A stretch of 64,000 nt of DNA, taken from Adineta vaga (taxonomy: Eukaryota; Animalia; Rotifera). Of the stretch, positions 1 to 14,768 are shown piece by piece. The position numbers and the translations under genes were made by a program. The DNA is taken from positions 8,928,001-8,992,000 of the forward strand of contig CP075495.1 in the NCBI GenBank assembly GCA_021613535.1, written 5' to 3'. The notes beneath the pieces were generated by a model that saw nothing but the letters and a program-made list of their open reading frames with translations, was not told the origin of the DNA and made no database searches. Numbering within the stretch: position 1 is the stretch's first letter; each line of letters opens with the position of its first letter.

Positions 1-71
1 AAGAGAGAAAAACGAGAGATAGAAAAAAACGAAATTTGTCAAAAGAGAAACTGTTCATAAACTGTTCACGA

Positions 72-964
72 TTAAACCGCTGCGCCCGTATCATTTATTG
101 ATGTTGTTGTAGTTACTGGAACATTAGTTGTTGTATTTGACATTTGACCACCTGGTAAAAGTGCAGTATTAGGCGCAAGAATTTTACGTAAAAATTCATC
201 TCGAAGACAACCTTGAACAAATTCATTTCGATGAACAACATCTATTATAAATAAACAAATGAAAAGCGAAGCTTTTTCTTTCATATCGAAGACACGAACT
301 GACCATCTTTATCTTTATTTAAACGTTGCATAATCAAATCAACACGTTTATCGGGTGATTTATCACCACTACGATCTTCTTCATTAGCTAAATCATACAT
401 AGCTTCGATGATTTTGGTCATATCTTTTCGATTAATTTCTCCATCTTTATTTTGATCTAAAATTTTTCAAATCAGAAAGAATTAACATCGAATGTAAATC
501 TTACCATAGATATCGAACGCCATTTTTAGTTTTTCTTCGAGATTTCCGTGTTGAGATACTCCAACAGCGAGTCTATGAAAAATAGAATATCAACAATTGA
601 AGATTCTCTCGATTGATGATGACTACTTACAAAAATTCAGTAAAATCAATCCAATTATTATTATCTACATCGAATGCTTTGAATACAAAATTACAGTATT
701 TATCCGCTTTACCCTCCGGATAAAATTTCTAAGAGAAAAAGATATCAATGAAAGATTAATATCATTTGAATATTTACATACCTTATAAACATTAAGAAAT
801 TGTTTCTTGTCAAGTTTACCCGACGGACAATCTTTTAGAAAACCTGTATGCCATGCTTGAATTTCTTCTTCACTATATTGTGTATTTAATTTTAATATTC
901 GAATATCTTCATCAGTTAATATCGTAGGGTCTTTTTTTCCTTTACCGCTGGCTTTATTTCCCAT
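72..964 (-). CDS. Neuronal calcium sensor family EF-hand protein (neurocalcin/hippocalcin/NCS-like), multi-exon
   Basis: Starts MGNKASGK (myristoylation-type MGxxxS). Contains EEIQAWHTGFLKDCPSGKLDKKQF, EF-hand DQNKDGEINRKDM and C-terminal EFVQGCLRDEFL. Exons are joined by short GT-AG introns. Confidence 0.9.
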
Positions 965-2382
965 AATTGTTTAACAAAAGAAATTATCTAAAACTATAAT
1001 ATTTTTCTCTTTCCTTTTCTGTTCTTTCTTTCATAGATAAAAATAAACTATACACACATCTTTATTACGAACATGTAAATATAAATCGTCAAGGTAGATA
1101 TAATATAAACAAATAAGACATACGGTTTGAAGTTTTCTTTTTTTCCTGAATCGAACATTTGTTAGGACGTCAGATTGTGTACAAGTCATTTACAGGCTAA
1201 AATAGCTATGCACAAAGTGTGCGACAAAAAAAATCGTTATAGCGAGTCTCGCGTGCACAACACATAAAGATGAAGAAAAGAAAAGAGCGTAGAAGAAGCG
1301 CATACATACACACGGAAAGAGGGAGAAAGAGAGCGAGAGAAAAAAGAAACAAGCGAGCGAGCGAGCGCGTAACGAACAAGTAAAAAAGAGAAATATTAAA
1401 ACCTTGTATATGTATTCAGCGTGGCAATAGTTGTGTTCTATACATATGAGGATTGTGGTTTGGTATGCGAGAGGTTGTACGCTGTGCATATGTATTACGC
1501 TCTTCTCTATTCTTTTTTCTCTCTCTACAGCGGCAGCAATGGATGAACATATCATAAGAATAAAAGTAAAACGAATGAAACGAAGTCAAAAGCGATAAAA
1601 AGAAAAGAATGAAAACTAAAAAATACTTCCTCTTCATATCGACCCAGAAAGATTATGTGTCAAAATAAGGATTTTCTTTTTCTTCCTCTCTTTTTTGTTG
1701 TTTCATATCGAATAGCTTGACCTTCTTGGGAATACTGATCATACTTGAGTAAAGAAGACGTTGCCCTTTTTACTTGTAAGCAATTCTTACCAGAGTCAGT
1801 TACACTAACAAAAAAAATGTTGTTATACTTCATACAAACATTGAAGATAACAATGCATATTCTGTTTTTTTTCTTTCTCTTTCGTTCGTATACGAGTATT
1901 TGTTTATGTGACAGTGTTTATTTGATCAGTACCAACATCAACGGTTGAAGGATCTTGATAAGAATAGTTCTATTCTTTCCACTTCCGTACATACATCTGA
2001 CGAGTTGATAGTTAGAGAACAGTCAAACTGGCAACAGTTAGTATGATAATTATTGATGTTATTTGACATATAAATCATTTGTTCGGATGGAATATAGAAA
2101 TATACTAATTGAACTAGTTCTTACATAGCATTCCTTCTATATTCATTTGTTTGTCAAGGATGAAGTTGTGAAGACAACAAGGGAAATTAATCGATAATGA
2201 TTTTTCGAAGTCAATTAACAGAAAACAGGTGTCGATCTACACATGTATATAAGTATTAATTAACATAAAAATAAGACATTTACGTCAAAAACTGATCGAA
2301 TTACATCTATGATCATATTCACTTATACTATTGCAGATTTTATTTTTTTCATACTAAATAGCTGTTAATGTATTCTCTTTAG

Positions 2383-5300
2383 GTTATCTATACATTGAAT
2401 ACAAAAGTTGATGAACATGAAACATTTGTCTCGAATTTAAAACAAGCATTTGAACACGAAAAAACAGCTCTAGCAACAAATGCTTCATCACGAATTGATG
2501 ATTTACTTCAACGTGTGGAAAAACTTTCTTCAATTAAAACGACACAAAATTCTCTCTATGAAAATAAGATTCAAATGCTCGAATCGGAAAGGTATTTTTG
2601 TTCTTTTTTTTGCTTATAACTTGTCGAATTTTCATTCATTCTACTCTAGACAAAATCAATCAAATGAACTTCTACGTATTCAACAATCAACCGTTGAACG
2701 TGAACATGAATTATCCGAAGATTTTCGAGCGAAAATTTCTACACTTAAACAAGAAATGAATCGTATTAAGAAAACTTATGATGATCAATTAACAAAACTA
2801 AAACGTGAACATAAAGAAACTTTGGATAATCTTCATGAAAAACATCAATTAGAAATTGAAAGCTTCAAAAAAGAATCGAAACATCTATTTGATGTTGAAA
2901 ATGAAGCTCAAGCAAAATTTTATTCTCAAACAATTGAAGAACTCAAACGTGAACATAATGATCTGTTAATGAAACAACGAAATCAACAAATGACACAGAA
3001 TGAATTAGGACAAGAATATCTCAAAGAAAAACAACAATTAGAAAAACGTATTCAAAGCTTTGAAAATCAAATTGAACAAATTCAAAGTAAATTTCAATTA
3101 GAATTTACCGAACAAAAACATCAGTTAGAAGTGAAATCCAATGAATATACACAATTACAAAAAGATTTCGAACAATATAAATCCAAATATCAAGTCACTT
3201 CAACTAATCTTTCAGAATTTCAAGAACAAGTAAAGAGAAATCAATCGAAAATATCCTTTAGAAAACAATGACTACTTGTTTTGTTTAGTTAATCAAACAA
3301 AAAGATGAATATGAAAACCTAAAACAAAAATTAGATAAAACCTATGGTGAAATGAATACTGTCAAAGAAAAATTCAATAAACAAACAAATGAACTTGACG
3401 AGAAATCAAGTAAGCACTACATACCTTTTTTTGTTTCAAATCTTGAAAGTCGAAAAACAAAGAAAGTATTTTCAATCCTTAATATGTCAGAGCAAACTAT
3501 TTAGAATAACCAGAGATAAGATTTGACTCTCTAACTTGAAGAATAACTGTCATGTATAATCATCTTATATTCATCCGAACATTTTCAATTATTAAAGTGC
3601 AGAACTTCTTTCCCAAACATGCTCGAAGCTACTTTTGTTACTTGATTATACACACATGAATACACAAACAAACACTTGAATAATATCCTCCGGATATATC
3701 GTTTATAGAATTTCAATTTATCATTATAGAACTTCTCAAAGAAAAAGAATGTTTCAATCGTCAATTAGAAAATGATCTGATAAATTGTCGTAAAGACTTA
3801 GAAATAACATCAGATCGTTTTCGACAATTCGAACAAGATCAACATTCACAATTAACACAATCAGAATCGACTACAAATTATCTCGAACGACGTATTCATG
3901 AATTAGATAAAGTAAATTTCATTATGTGTCTTTGTATCTTTCTTTCTTCTTTTCAATTAGACAATTCATGAATTAACAGTAGAAAAACAACAAATTATGG
4001 TTAAATATGATCGGGAATTAACAGATTTACGTGAAACTTATGAAAATCAAGTTGAATTATGTAAAAAAGAAATGCAAAATGAATTGAATCGTTTAAGTGA
4101 ACATCATCAACAATTAATAACGGATGAACAAACACGTTCACGAACGAAATTACAAGCAAGAGAACAAGTATAAATCATTTTCGATTTGAATGTTTCTTTG
4201 AATCTAATTTGTGTTTTATTAGGAACTTCATCAACAATTTGAATTAGAAAAAACTAATCTTCTCACTCAATGGAAAACGGAAATTAATCTGAATAAATCC
4301 GAACAAAATGAAATTAATCAAGAATTAGACCAATTAAAAGAATCTTATACGAAACAAGTAATTAGATTTTGTTTTCTTAGTTGGAAAAATAAGAAGTTTT
4401 CTTCTACTAGATTGATCAATTAAAAGAATGTTTAAAAGAAAATGAAAATAAATATTCAATCAGTCAACAAGAATTATCGGAAACTCAATTATCGAATAAA
4501 GAATATAAGAAACAAATCGAAAAACTTCAAGCGGATTTAGAAAAACAATTCAAAAGTACACAACAATTTCAAGTACAGATAGTTTTTCTTTTTTTAAATA
4601 TAGAATTATTCACGATTACATTTAGATGGAATGTGATCATTTAAAAAAACATTGTAAAGAATTAGAAATACATTCAACAACAGAATTGAAAGAGAAAATC
4701 GATAAGTTAGCAATGGAATTAAATGAAAAATGGTCGAAAAAATTGAAGTAGAAAAGAATTGATTCGAGATATTTTTATCAGGAAATTTCGATTGTTTATT
4801 TCTCTAGAACGGATTGTGAGAAAATTCGAAAAGAAATTACACTACAGAAAGATGAAGAAAAACAAAAGGCAATAGATGAATTACAACAACGAAAACAAAA
4901 TGAATTATTATCAGCATACGATCGAATCGAAAAACTTGAACAACAAGTGAGTCATACTGAGGATAGAGATTTTCAAGAAGAACTGTATTCATGTCGTGAA
5001 TATCATCTGATTGTGTCACTAGTGCATTTTCTTAACATTTTTTACTATTTGATTATTTATTTATAAAATTCTAATTTAGATTCAACAAATAAAGAATGAA
5101 ATTTTAACTGAACAACAAAAATCGAAAGAAGACGCTTTAATAGCTTTACAAAATGTGAATGAAGATAAACGTCGTACAATAAATGAATTTCAAATGCGTA
5201 TTCAAGATTTAACAACACAACTTCAACGATTAGAATCAAAGAATAAAGAAGATTCACTTGAACAAAAATTACAATTCGAAAAAGAACATCTGGTAAATTT

Positions 5301-6743
5301 AATTCGAATATATAATTACCACAGGACAAACAAATATTTTATTTTATAGAATCAAATCAATGAATTAAAAAATCGTCATATGGAAGATATTCGTGGACAA
5401 CAACTTGCTTATAATACACATTTAGATACAATTCGTGCTGATCATGAACGTGCATTAGCATTAGAAGTTGAAAAACAAAATGTTCAACAACAATCGAATC
5501 TTGGTAATAGTTTTTAGATTGAAATTCATCGTTTCATTCGTATGAACAAATGTTTAGATCAATTACGAAAAGAACTTAATCGAATACATTCGAATGAATT
5601 AGAAGAGAAAGAACGAGCTCTTGGAAAAGAATTAGCTGCTGTTCGTTTACAACTTGATCGTTCTTTAGAAATAACAAAAATCAAAGTTGAACATGATTTG
5701 TAATTTATTTGTTTTCTAAACATATATTCTTTTAGGAACGTGAAGCTGATCTACGTATTGAAGATCTGACAAATGATTTAACGACAAAACAAAATCGTAT
5801 TGATAAATGTCTACGAGATTTTCATGAACTTGAAAGTCAAATTGAACAATTACATAATGAAGCTAATCTACGTAATAAAGAACTTCAACGTGTTCGTAAT
5901 GAAACACAGAAAGAAATGAAGTAAATAAAAGAAAATTCTATTTCTTTATAATTCAACTTTTGTTTTAGACATCGAGAAGAAAAATTACGCAATCAACATG
6001 AAGAAAAAATTCGTGATCTTATTAAAGCACATGAAAAAGAAGAGAAACAATTATTAGAAGAATTTTCCAAAGCTCATGATCTTCTTAAAGCTCGCATATC
6101 TGAACTTCAATTCAGGTGACGAAAACTAGAGATTAGAAGTTTGATTAATGAAAGATTTCTTGTTATTTATCATAGTTGTAATGAAGTAGAAGAACGATAT
6201 CGTAAACGTGAATCTCGAACAGAAGATTTAGAATTAATCTCAACACTTCAACAGACAATCGTTTCATATCAAGAACAATTGAAGAAGATTCATGTAGATA
6301 ATAAAAAGACAAAGCTTCTTTTTTTTATTTCTATGAAATGTTTTGCATTTTAGGATGAAAAGAAATTTCTTCAAATGGAATTAGTCAATCGAGAAACGAA
6401 TTTTAATAAAGTTTTTACTAATGCACCGTCTTCTAATGTCGGTGTTCTCAATCCTTTAGCATTTAATACAAAATTTGTAAGTTTTCTCATGAATGAAATC
6501 GACGAAAACTAGAAGAAATTTCTCAATGTTTTTAATTCTATAGCTTCTTCTGAACAAATTTGTGTAATTTTTATTGATTTATTCTAGGTACCACGTAGTT
6601 CAGATGGTGCTGTTCCATCTCGTCTAAAATCTCAATCACCACGACCATCTAAACTCGAACCATTAGTTACTAATGGTGAAGGTCCACCTGATCTTACTCT
6701 AAAGCCAAATAAACCATTATTACCAAAACGATTTGTTAAGTAA
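2383..6743 (+). CDS. FAM184A: FAM184-family long coiled-coil protein, multi-exon, 5' exon not identified
   Basis: First visible exon begins VIYTLNTKVDEHE (FAM184 N-terminus VIYALNTKNDEHE). Heptad-rich Q/E/K exons follow. C-terminal region has RESRTEDLELI and MELVNRETNFNKVF. Stop TAA at 6741-6743. Confidence 0.8.
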
Positions 6744-6886
6744 AAATTATTATAATCGACATTTTTGAATAGTTTCATGTAAAATATTCTTTGCCTTTAT
6801 TTCTGTGTTCGAAAAAAGAAATATTCGTTATTGTAAACGTTATTTTTTACAATAAAAAAAAGAACAAACGAGAAAGATAAGTTATT

Positions 6887-9800
6887 TTATGAAAGTAAAC
6901 TTCGCTGTCGTATACGTTTCATTATATCTTCACATGCACGTGCAATATCCTACAAAAAGATATTTCTATTTCATTGATATATCCATCAAATTAACTTACT
7001 TCATTATCCGAATGGAAACGTTTTATTTCATAGAGTAAATTTTCATCAATTTTCGTTGAAATCATTTCATCAATTGCATCATCTAAAAACAATCGAAATT
7101 GATTTAATACACGATAAATATTTTCTTCATACCATAAGGTGACATTGATTTTAATAGAGTAATTATTCCTCGTGCCATATCTGTATGATTTTTAAATCGA
7201 TTGAATATTTTGTTCAATGTTTCCATTGAATCAAGAAGTGTACCATCGTCTGTACGACTGCAAAGAAAACGCATTACGCATCGTTCTAGAATAGAAAGAA
7301 AATTTTCTTTGTAGTTGAAAATAAAGAACAATAATCAATACCATCAAGTTTGAATAGTTCAGATAAAACTGCTAATGCTAAAAATACAAGATTCTCTCAT
7401 GAGAATTGATTTACATAGGAAAAGTACAAACCAGCTTTGACTGCATTACGATTATCATAATGTTTTTGTAGACCAATAGTAAAATATCGTACTAAATTGA
7501 ATTGTACTAAATGATCGATTGTTGATTCTAGATAGAAAGATGTTAGTTTAGTTTGGAAGATTTTTGAAGCGATTATTAGTTACTTTCGAAAATAAATGGT
7601 GAAAATGCAAAACAAACTTTAGTAAGAAGATCACCATTATTTGAATGTTTTTGAAGAATATTTAAGAGAATATTAAGAAGTGAAATTTGATTATCACGAA
7701 GATCTTTACCTAAATAGTTCATGAAAAAAGAATTATTTATTCAATTTAAAACAAATCTTACTAATTGAATCTTTTGCCATAAGCCAAATAAGTGTACAAC
7801 ATTTTGCACTGATATCACCATTATTTGCATGTTTTGTCATGACTTGAAGTAAATTTGAATTAATTCGTGCACTAATCAAAAGTTTGGCATCTAGAAATTC
7901 ATCAGATTGAACATCTTTCAAAAAGAATCACATTGTTCATCATTACTTTGTGTTGCAAGATTGACAAGAATATCAGCTATTCTTTCAATTAAATGTTCAT
8001 CATTTTCAAATATCTATATTAGAGAATAAATCGATGATAATCACAAAAACAAATACGAAAATATAAACATACAGGTATTAATTTTGAAACAAATGTTACT
8101 ACTTGTGAGTTAATTATTACATTATTATGAATGATTTTTTTGAGAAGTTCAAGTGTTTCTTCGACTACAATCGAATTGGATATGAAATGTTCTACGACAG
8201 GGATGATTTCATCTTGAAAAATGTTTGCTAATTTTGTTAAATCGATCTAAAAAGAAAAGGCAAAAATATGATTTTATTTTTTCATCTTTAAGAGTGAAGA
8301 AATCGATTTACCAATTTGGATTGATTACATAATTTAAGTGCATGTTCAATACGACTTTCAGCATTTCGATGTTGTCTTAAATAACTAATATAATATTCAA
8401 GATTTTCATTTTTTGCTAAACCTACAAAATGAATTCATTAAAGAAAATGATAAAGAGAGAACTATACCATCACGAGCCCATTTCTTGTCACGTTCAGATG
8501 GATATTTTACTTGATCGGAATCAATACTATGCATACTTTCAATAATATAATCATTACGTCGTAAATCTCTAGAAATAAAACAAATTAAAAGTTACCCATC
8601 ATTAAACATAGTTAGATCAAAGATTTAATAGAGATCTTTAGATTTCAGTAATGAATAGATGATCGCTATAGAAAAGGAACTAAAAACTATTTCAACTTAC
8701 ACTTCTGTCAAACGTTTTTGTCGATCGGGATGCATCATTTGTCCAATCAATGTTGGTAGTATTTGATGTACCTAAACACGTGAAACTTTGTAATTTTTTT
8801 TATAAAAATTTTATATTCACCGACCTTTCGTAGATTTTGTAATGTTTGTGATAATGTATTCGAATCATGACGTGCACAAATACGTAATTGTAATGTTTCT
8901 TCATCCTATTTATGTTAATATCTCAATTAAATCTGCAAAAAAATTTGTATATCAGTATGATTTCTTACATTTAATGTATCACAAGTAATCATATCCAAGA
9001 GAACACTTCCATATGAATAAATATCCGATTGAATTGTATATTCTCCAGATTCGAAAATTTCAGGAGCTGTATAAGACAATGCACCTAGGAACAAAATATA
9101 TTTTCATTATAAAAGAACATCTTTTCATTTCAAAAACAAAATCAATAAAAAAGCAAATGACAATCATATCTTTTTGTCTTACTATGGCATCTTATACAAC
9201 TATCTTCATCAATTATAAAACCTAGATCTTATTTATGAACAACAAATCTTGTTCAATAGAATGTAATACATACGACGTGGTAATCGTGTTCGCATACGAA
9301 CATCATAGGCAACAGATGATGGAATCATATCACCAATAATCAACGAACAATTTTCTGTATGCGTTTCTCCACGTAGATAAATTGAATCTGGTTTTAAATT
9401 TCTATTAAAAAAAGAGAAAAAAAGAACTAAATCGAACTGGAAACTATGTCTATTCACCGATGAATTATATTTTGACTCCATAAATACATTAATCCATCTA
9501 AAATTTGTGCACTCCACATATCGATTAACTTTAATGAAATAAAGAAAAATTCGTATTCAAAAAAAAACTTCATTTCACAAACATACTTGATGATTTAATG
9601 GAATTTTTTCATTTCGTAATTTCCCTAAATATTTATCAAGATTTCCCATCGAAAAATATTCAGTTACAAGATTGATATATGTTGCACTAATCTAAACAAG
9701 AGTGTCATAATCAGATCTTTGAAAACATCAACTCCTTCATACTTTATGTTCAACGGATGTGAATATATCGACATATGCTGCTACTTTTTCAGTTGATAAT

Positions 9801-10125
9801 TTCAATAAAGGTAGATACTAATTTGAAAACGATATCAACGAACTAAATATAAATCGTATTGTAATTCTTACTTCTTGATAAGCGACTGCTGTTGTTGTCA
9901 TATCCATTAATTCCATCTATAGGAAAACAACGAATGTGATATAGGTGAAATTTGTAAAGGTTAAACAGACTTTAGAAAGAGTATAAGCTTCATCTGAATC
10001 TTTTCGATGAACAATTAATCGTTCGGCAAGTGTATCCAAGCCAATACATTCATCAATCTGATAACAAATGAAATTAATTACGATAAAATTTATTCATATT
10101 CAATACTCACTGTATATTTATCCAT
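6887..10125 (-). CDS. STKLD1: Serine/threonine kinase-like domain protein (pseudokinase plus armadillo-like repeats), multi-exon
   Basis: Spliced translation gives LVTEYFSMGNL, QILDGLMYLWSQNIIHRNLKPDSIYL and IIGDM. HRN replaces HRD and DFG is absent, as in SgK071/STKLD1. Helical ARM-like exons follow. ATG at 10125, TAA at 6887-6889. Confidence 0.75.
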
Positions 10126-10510
10126 TAAAAAGGATTTCTCTCTTTATTAAAATTCAAACTATATAAAACACATTCGTTTTAGTTAGTAGCCATTAATCAG
10201 CAAGAAACTTTAGTGACAACCTCCGTACAATTTTCGAACAATTTCAATAAATTCATTCATTGTATTTCAAATCAGATATGTTTTTTCTTCATCATTAATC
10301 GTTCTACGAAAAACAAAACCTATAGACATATAACTTTCTCATGTACGACATCTACTAAATCAAATCCATAGTTTCATCGTTTTGGTAGAATATGTTAACC
10401 AGTCAAAGAAAAGTTCTGGTAAATCTTGGACATTTATTAAAACTTTGGTACTTACTTAATACAGTCAAAACAAAAAAAAAGGAATTTCTTTCCGCTTGTG
10501 AATATTTCGG

Positions 10511-11109
10511 ATGACTGAAATAGATTTATCAGCATTAGTAACTTCTATTGATGAAAATGATATTGAAATAATTCCATCAAATGGTTCAGAATTAAATGAT
10601 CAATTAGATTTTATGCCTGATCATTTCGCAATTGATAATAGACAAATGCACACATCAACAGCATCAATTCCAACGATAAGAAATGTACATCGTGAAGATT
10701 CTGAAGTAGTTTTCTTCGATTAAATGTTATTTTTGTCTATTTTCAATGCATTTTATTCTTAAAGGAATTTGAAGATGAAACATTTATGGAACGTATTTAT
10801 GGTTTAACCGAAATGTTTCCTAATTGGTTTCATCGATTCATTCAAAATTCTTATCAATATTCGAAATCTATTGGTACATTTATGAAAAAATCGATTTGGT
10901 TTTGTAGTTCATCATTCCTTGTTTTAATTCTTCCAATTCTTGTTCAAAAAGAATTTTCGCAAGTTGCTGAAATGCAAGCTGCACAAACACGTGAAGTAAA
11001 TATACATTTATATGAAAGAAAATAAGAAAACTTTATATTTCTCAATTATTAGATTTTACTTGGACCATCCGCTCACATTGGTACACATAGTGGTCTTGGT
11101 CTTCAATAA
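10511..11109 (+). CDS. TOMM22: Mitochondrial import receptor subunit TOM22, 3 exons
   Basis: Acidic N-terminus, EFEDETFMERIYGLTEMFP, transmembrane segment WFCSSSFLVLILPILV, C-terminal REILLGP. Confidence 0.9.
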
Positions 11110-11413
11110 AGTTTTTTGTGGTATATATATATCGAACGTTCTCGCTTTTCTTTTCTTTCCAATTCATTGATCCTCGTGTGTTGTACAGCACTTATATAAG
11201 TTATTCCTTTTGTTTTGTTTTTTACTTTTCTGACAGAACTTCTGAAAACACAAAATAACAAATGATGCATTTTTGGTCTTTCAATCTTTTATTTTTATGA
11301 ACAAAATGAAAGAAAACTTCTGTCGATATTCGGATAGTATTTGTCATGATTTTTATATCGAAACTATTTGTAGATTTGAAAATCAAAATTTTAATAACAA
11401 CAAAAGAATAATA

Positions 11414-14400
11414 ATGGATTTGGAAGTAAGAAAAATTTTTATTTAAACGAATCTTTTGTTGAATAAAATCATTGATTTCTAGTATCCACCATATGGAGGT
11501 GTTACATCTCAATCAACAACGAATCAACCAGGTTTGTTTATCGATTACTTTGATATTAAGTTTTTTTTTTCAATTTGATATGTCAATAGATTTCGATCAT
11601 TATTATGGAGGATCGTATGGTGGTGGTGGTAGTGGTAGTGGTTCTGTGAGTATTAGTCGACGTGAAATTATTGAACATTTTGCTGATTTTCGTCGAGCTA
11701 TTCATGAAGGACCTGTTTCATTGGTTCAACATTATTATAATTCCAAGTAAGAAACTTGTCTGTTAATGATCAATTCTACACTTCATTCTATTTAGTTATG
11801 AAACAATGATGCAAAACTACAATACAGAATGGCCATCTGCTGAAGCGTTGAAAGAACATGTCGGAGGTTTGTTTTTGTTCTCATTTTTCAAACAAAACAA
11901 CTTCAGAAGTTTTCTCACGATCTTCTATCATACAGAATCATCTTTTAATAATTCGAACATATAATAATTCTACTAAATATGAGTTGAGATTTCGTTCATC
12001 AAATTTATTATATTAATTCAATTTAGATGATCAATTATTTCTTACTTTATACAAGGAAATGTATTTTCGACATATTTATGCATCAAAACCCGTAAGAATG
12101 CAAACATGATGTTCTTCTTTTCAATTGTTTTTTTATCTTCAGGGTGGTGTTTCATTGGAAGAACGACAAGAATCTTACATGAATTATATTGATCTATTCA
12201 ATTTGGTTTTAACAAAAGATCAGCCATTGAAAATTGAATTACCTGATCAATGGTTATGGGATATTATCGAAGAATTTATCTATCAATTTCAATCATTTTG
12301 TAATTTCCGTACGAAATTAGCAAAACGATCGGATGATGATATTGAACAATTGAAACGAAATATAAAAATTTGGAATGTTCATGCTGTACTTAATGTTATG
12401 CATAGTCTCGTGGATAAATCACGTATTGTTGAACAATTAGAAGCAATAAAGAAAGGAGGTAGAACATGTTCATTTTCTTATGAAAACAAAAAGATTTATT
12501 TATTTCTTCTCCTAGTTTCATTTAATCCTGGTGGTGATGCTTTTTGTCAAACAAATCTTTATAAAATGTTTGGTTATTTCAGTTTAATTGGTTTATTAAA
12601 ACTACATACATTAACAAGTGATTATTATATGGCATTGAAAACTGTCGAATGCATTGATTTAGATGTAACAAAACAAGTATAAAACGAAACTTTGTTTTCC
12701 TCTGTAGAATATTAATCATCTTTTCATTGATTTAGAATGATGTCTGTCAAGTATTTCATTGTATTGTTGCAACAAATTATCATGCCGGTTTTTGTTATAC
12801 AATGATGAGAAATTATGAAGATGCTATTCGTGTCTTTGTTGATACATTATTATATATTCAACGTAGTAAACCAACAATGGTTGCACAAACATTTCAAAAT
12901 GATGCCGTAAGTGAAATCAAAATTGTATTTATCATAGTATCGAACGATCTCTTTGAATAGGTAAATAAAACAGCTGATCAAATGATGACATTATTAGCTA
13001 TTTGTTTGACATTGAATCCAATGCGTATTGATGAAACAATTTATTTACATCTAAAAGAAAAATTTTTGGACAAATTACCAAAACCATTACTTTGGGTTGG
13101 GTAAGTTTCAACATTTTTTTTATTATATTAAATGTTAAAAGTCTGTCATTTATTTAGACCTGATGGAAAATTACCATTCCGAGACAGTTTTGCCTATGGT
13201 AAGTTGTTGTTTTTCGATTCATTAAATGATATAGAAACAGATGAAGAGATATTTATTTTAACATTCCAGTTTGTAGAAATACTTTTCTTGTAAAAAAAAA
13301 TGGAAGAATTTCCAAGAGATGTTTGTCATGAAAGATAACGTTGTTTGAAAGCATTGAAACTTCAGCTCTTCTTTCATATGATAATCGACTATTCTGATCA
13401 GAGATGACAGTTCTCTAAGGACGAATGATTCTTAACTAATTCAGTATTCTTCATCATGAAATTTTATCCAAGCATACAAATAATAATAATAATATTCAAA
13501 GTCTTAATTTCTTAAAATCATCATTCTGTGTGTGAATTAATTAACTTTTTCAAACTTGATATTCTAATTACGAATAACTTGAACTGATATCTTTCTTTTG
13601 TTTTCAATGTACTATAATGAGGACATTCACCCTTTTCAATAGATTAATTCAGACGAAATAAGATTTCATGTGGAAAGAAAGCTTTTTCTTTGATCTTCTA
13701 TATAATTATCTAATCATTTTCTTTTAGCTTGTCCAAAATTTATTAGTCCTGCGCCAACAATCTTCGAGCAACGTAACGATACACAATGGGCTGAACCATT
13801 CAATAGACAAATAGAAGTTTTTACTGAAGAACTTCAAGAACAAGCTTACATTCCCGATGTTCGCAGGTAAATATGAAGAAGACAAAAAAAAATTATAATC
13901 ATTTTCTTTCGTTTTAGTTATTTGAAATTATATACAACAATGAGTATTGATAAATTAGCGACATTTATGGAAAAAGTAACTTCGTATTATAATAAATTTT
14001 AATTAAAATCATTAATTTTCTTTTTTAGACTCCCCAAGAAGTCAAACCATTATTATTAACATTTAAAGTATGTTAAATTTAAAAGATTTTCTAACATAAC
14101 ATTTCATTTCTTTCAGCATAAATTAAGTGGTACAGATACAGCACAAAAAACTGAAGAAGATTTTCAATCATCCGCTGACATCGATTTTTATGTTGATAAA
14201 GTATGAAAAAAGCAAAAATTCTCTATTGAAATCATTGAATTCAATTATTTTCTTTAGGATGTCATTTATATCGCTGATACAAAGATTACTCGACGTTATA
14301 GTGATTATCTTGTTAAACAAATTCTTAAATATGAAGAAGTACGTTTCGAAAAAGAAACAATCATTAAATTCTTTTGCTACTAGTCAAAAATTCCATAAGA

Positions 14401-14768
14401 AAATATTTGATTTTAAAACTTTAAGTATTGAATACTATACTTTTCATATTCAAATAGACAATTTGTCAATATTGAATGATATATTAATAAGAAATGATAG
14501 GTAGATCAGATATTATTAAAAGCAAACATTGTAGAAAATTTTTGATTTATCTATTTGAGATATTTCTAATTAAGAATGAAAGATCATTACTTTAGTTATT
14601 TGAGATTTAGATCCGAAATGAAATGGATCGTTGCCTTTGATTACTCATGCACATTGTTTTTCTCATTAAAATATTATTAAACTATTCAGTTTTTTTTCTT
14701 CTTCTCTTTTCTAGTTAACGCACTCGATCAGTGAAGGTCTAATTCCACGTCACGGTGGTAACAAATGA
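11414..14768 (+). CDS. EIF3L: Eukaryotic translation initiation factor 3 subunit L, multi-exon
   Basis: Contains LFLTLYKEMYFRHIYA, ELPDQWLWDIIEEFIYQFQSF, LYKMFGYFSLIGLLKLH, YLKLYTTM and DIDFYVDKDVIYIADTK. Start (MDLE|YPPYGG) is inferred from splice phases. Confidence 0.93.

Noticed and set aside
1190-1948. Phe/Leu- or Lys/Arg-rich ORFs here and at 15273-15929, 21618-21884, 24383-26077, 33901-37483, 57034-58110 and 61413-63250
   Set aside because: These are low-complexity translations of AT-rich UTR, promoter or intron sequence, often with TTG/GTG starts, and show no domains or exon chains.
13199-13727. Longer introns (eIF3L here; also AP-3 mu ~30086-30756 and RIBC ~54292-55648) as possible snoRNA or transposon hosts
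   Set aside because: No convincing paired C/D or H/ACA boxes, terminal repeats or transposase fragments are visible by eye; an Infernal or repeat search would be needed.
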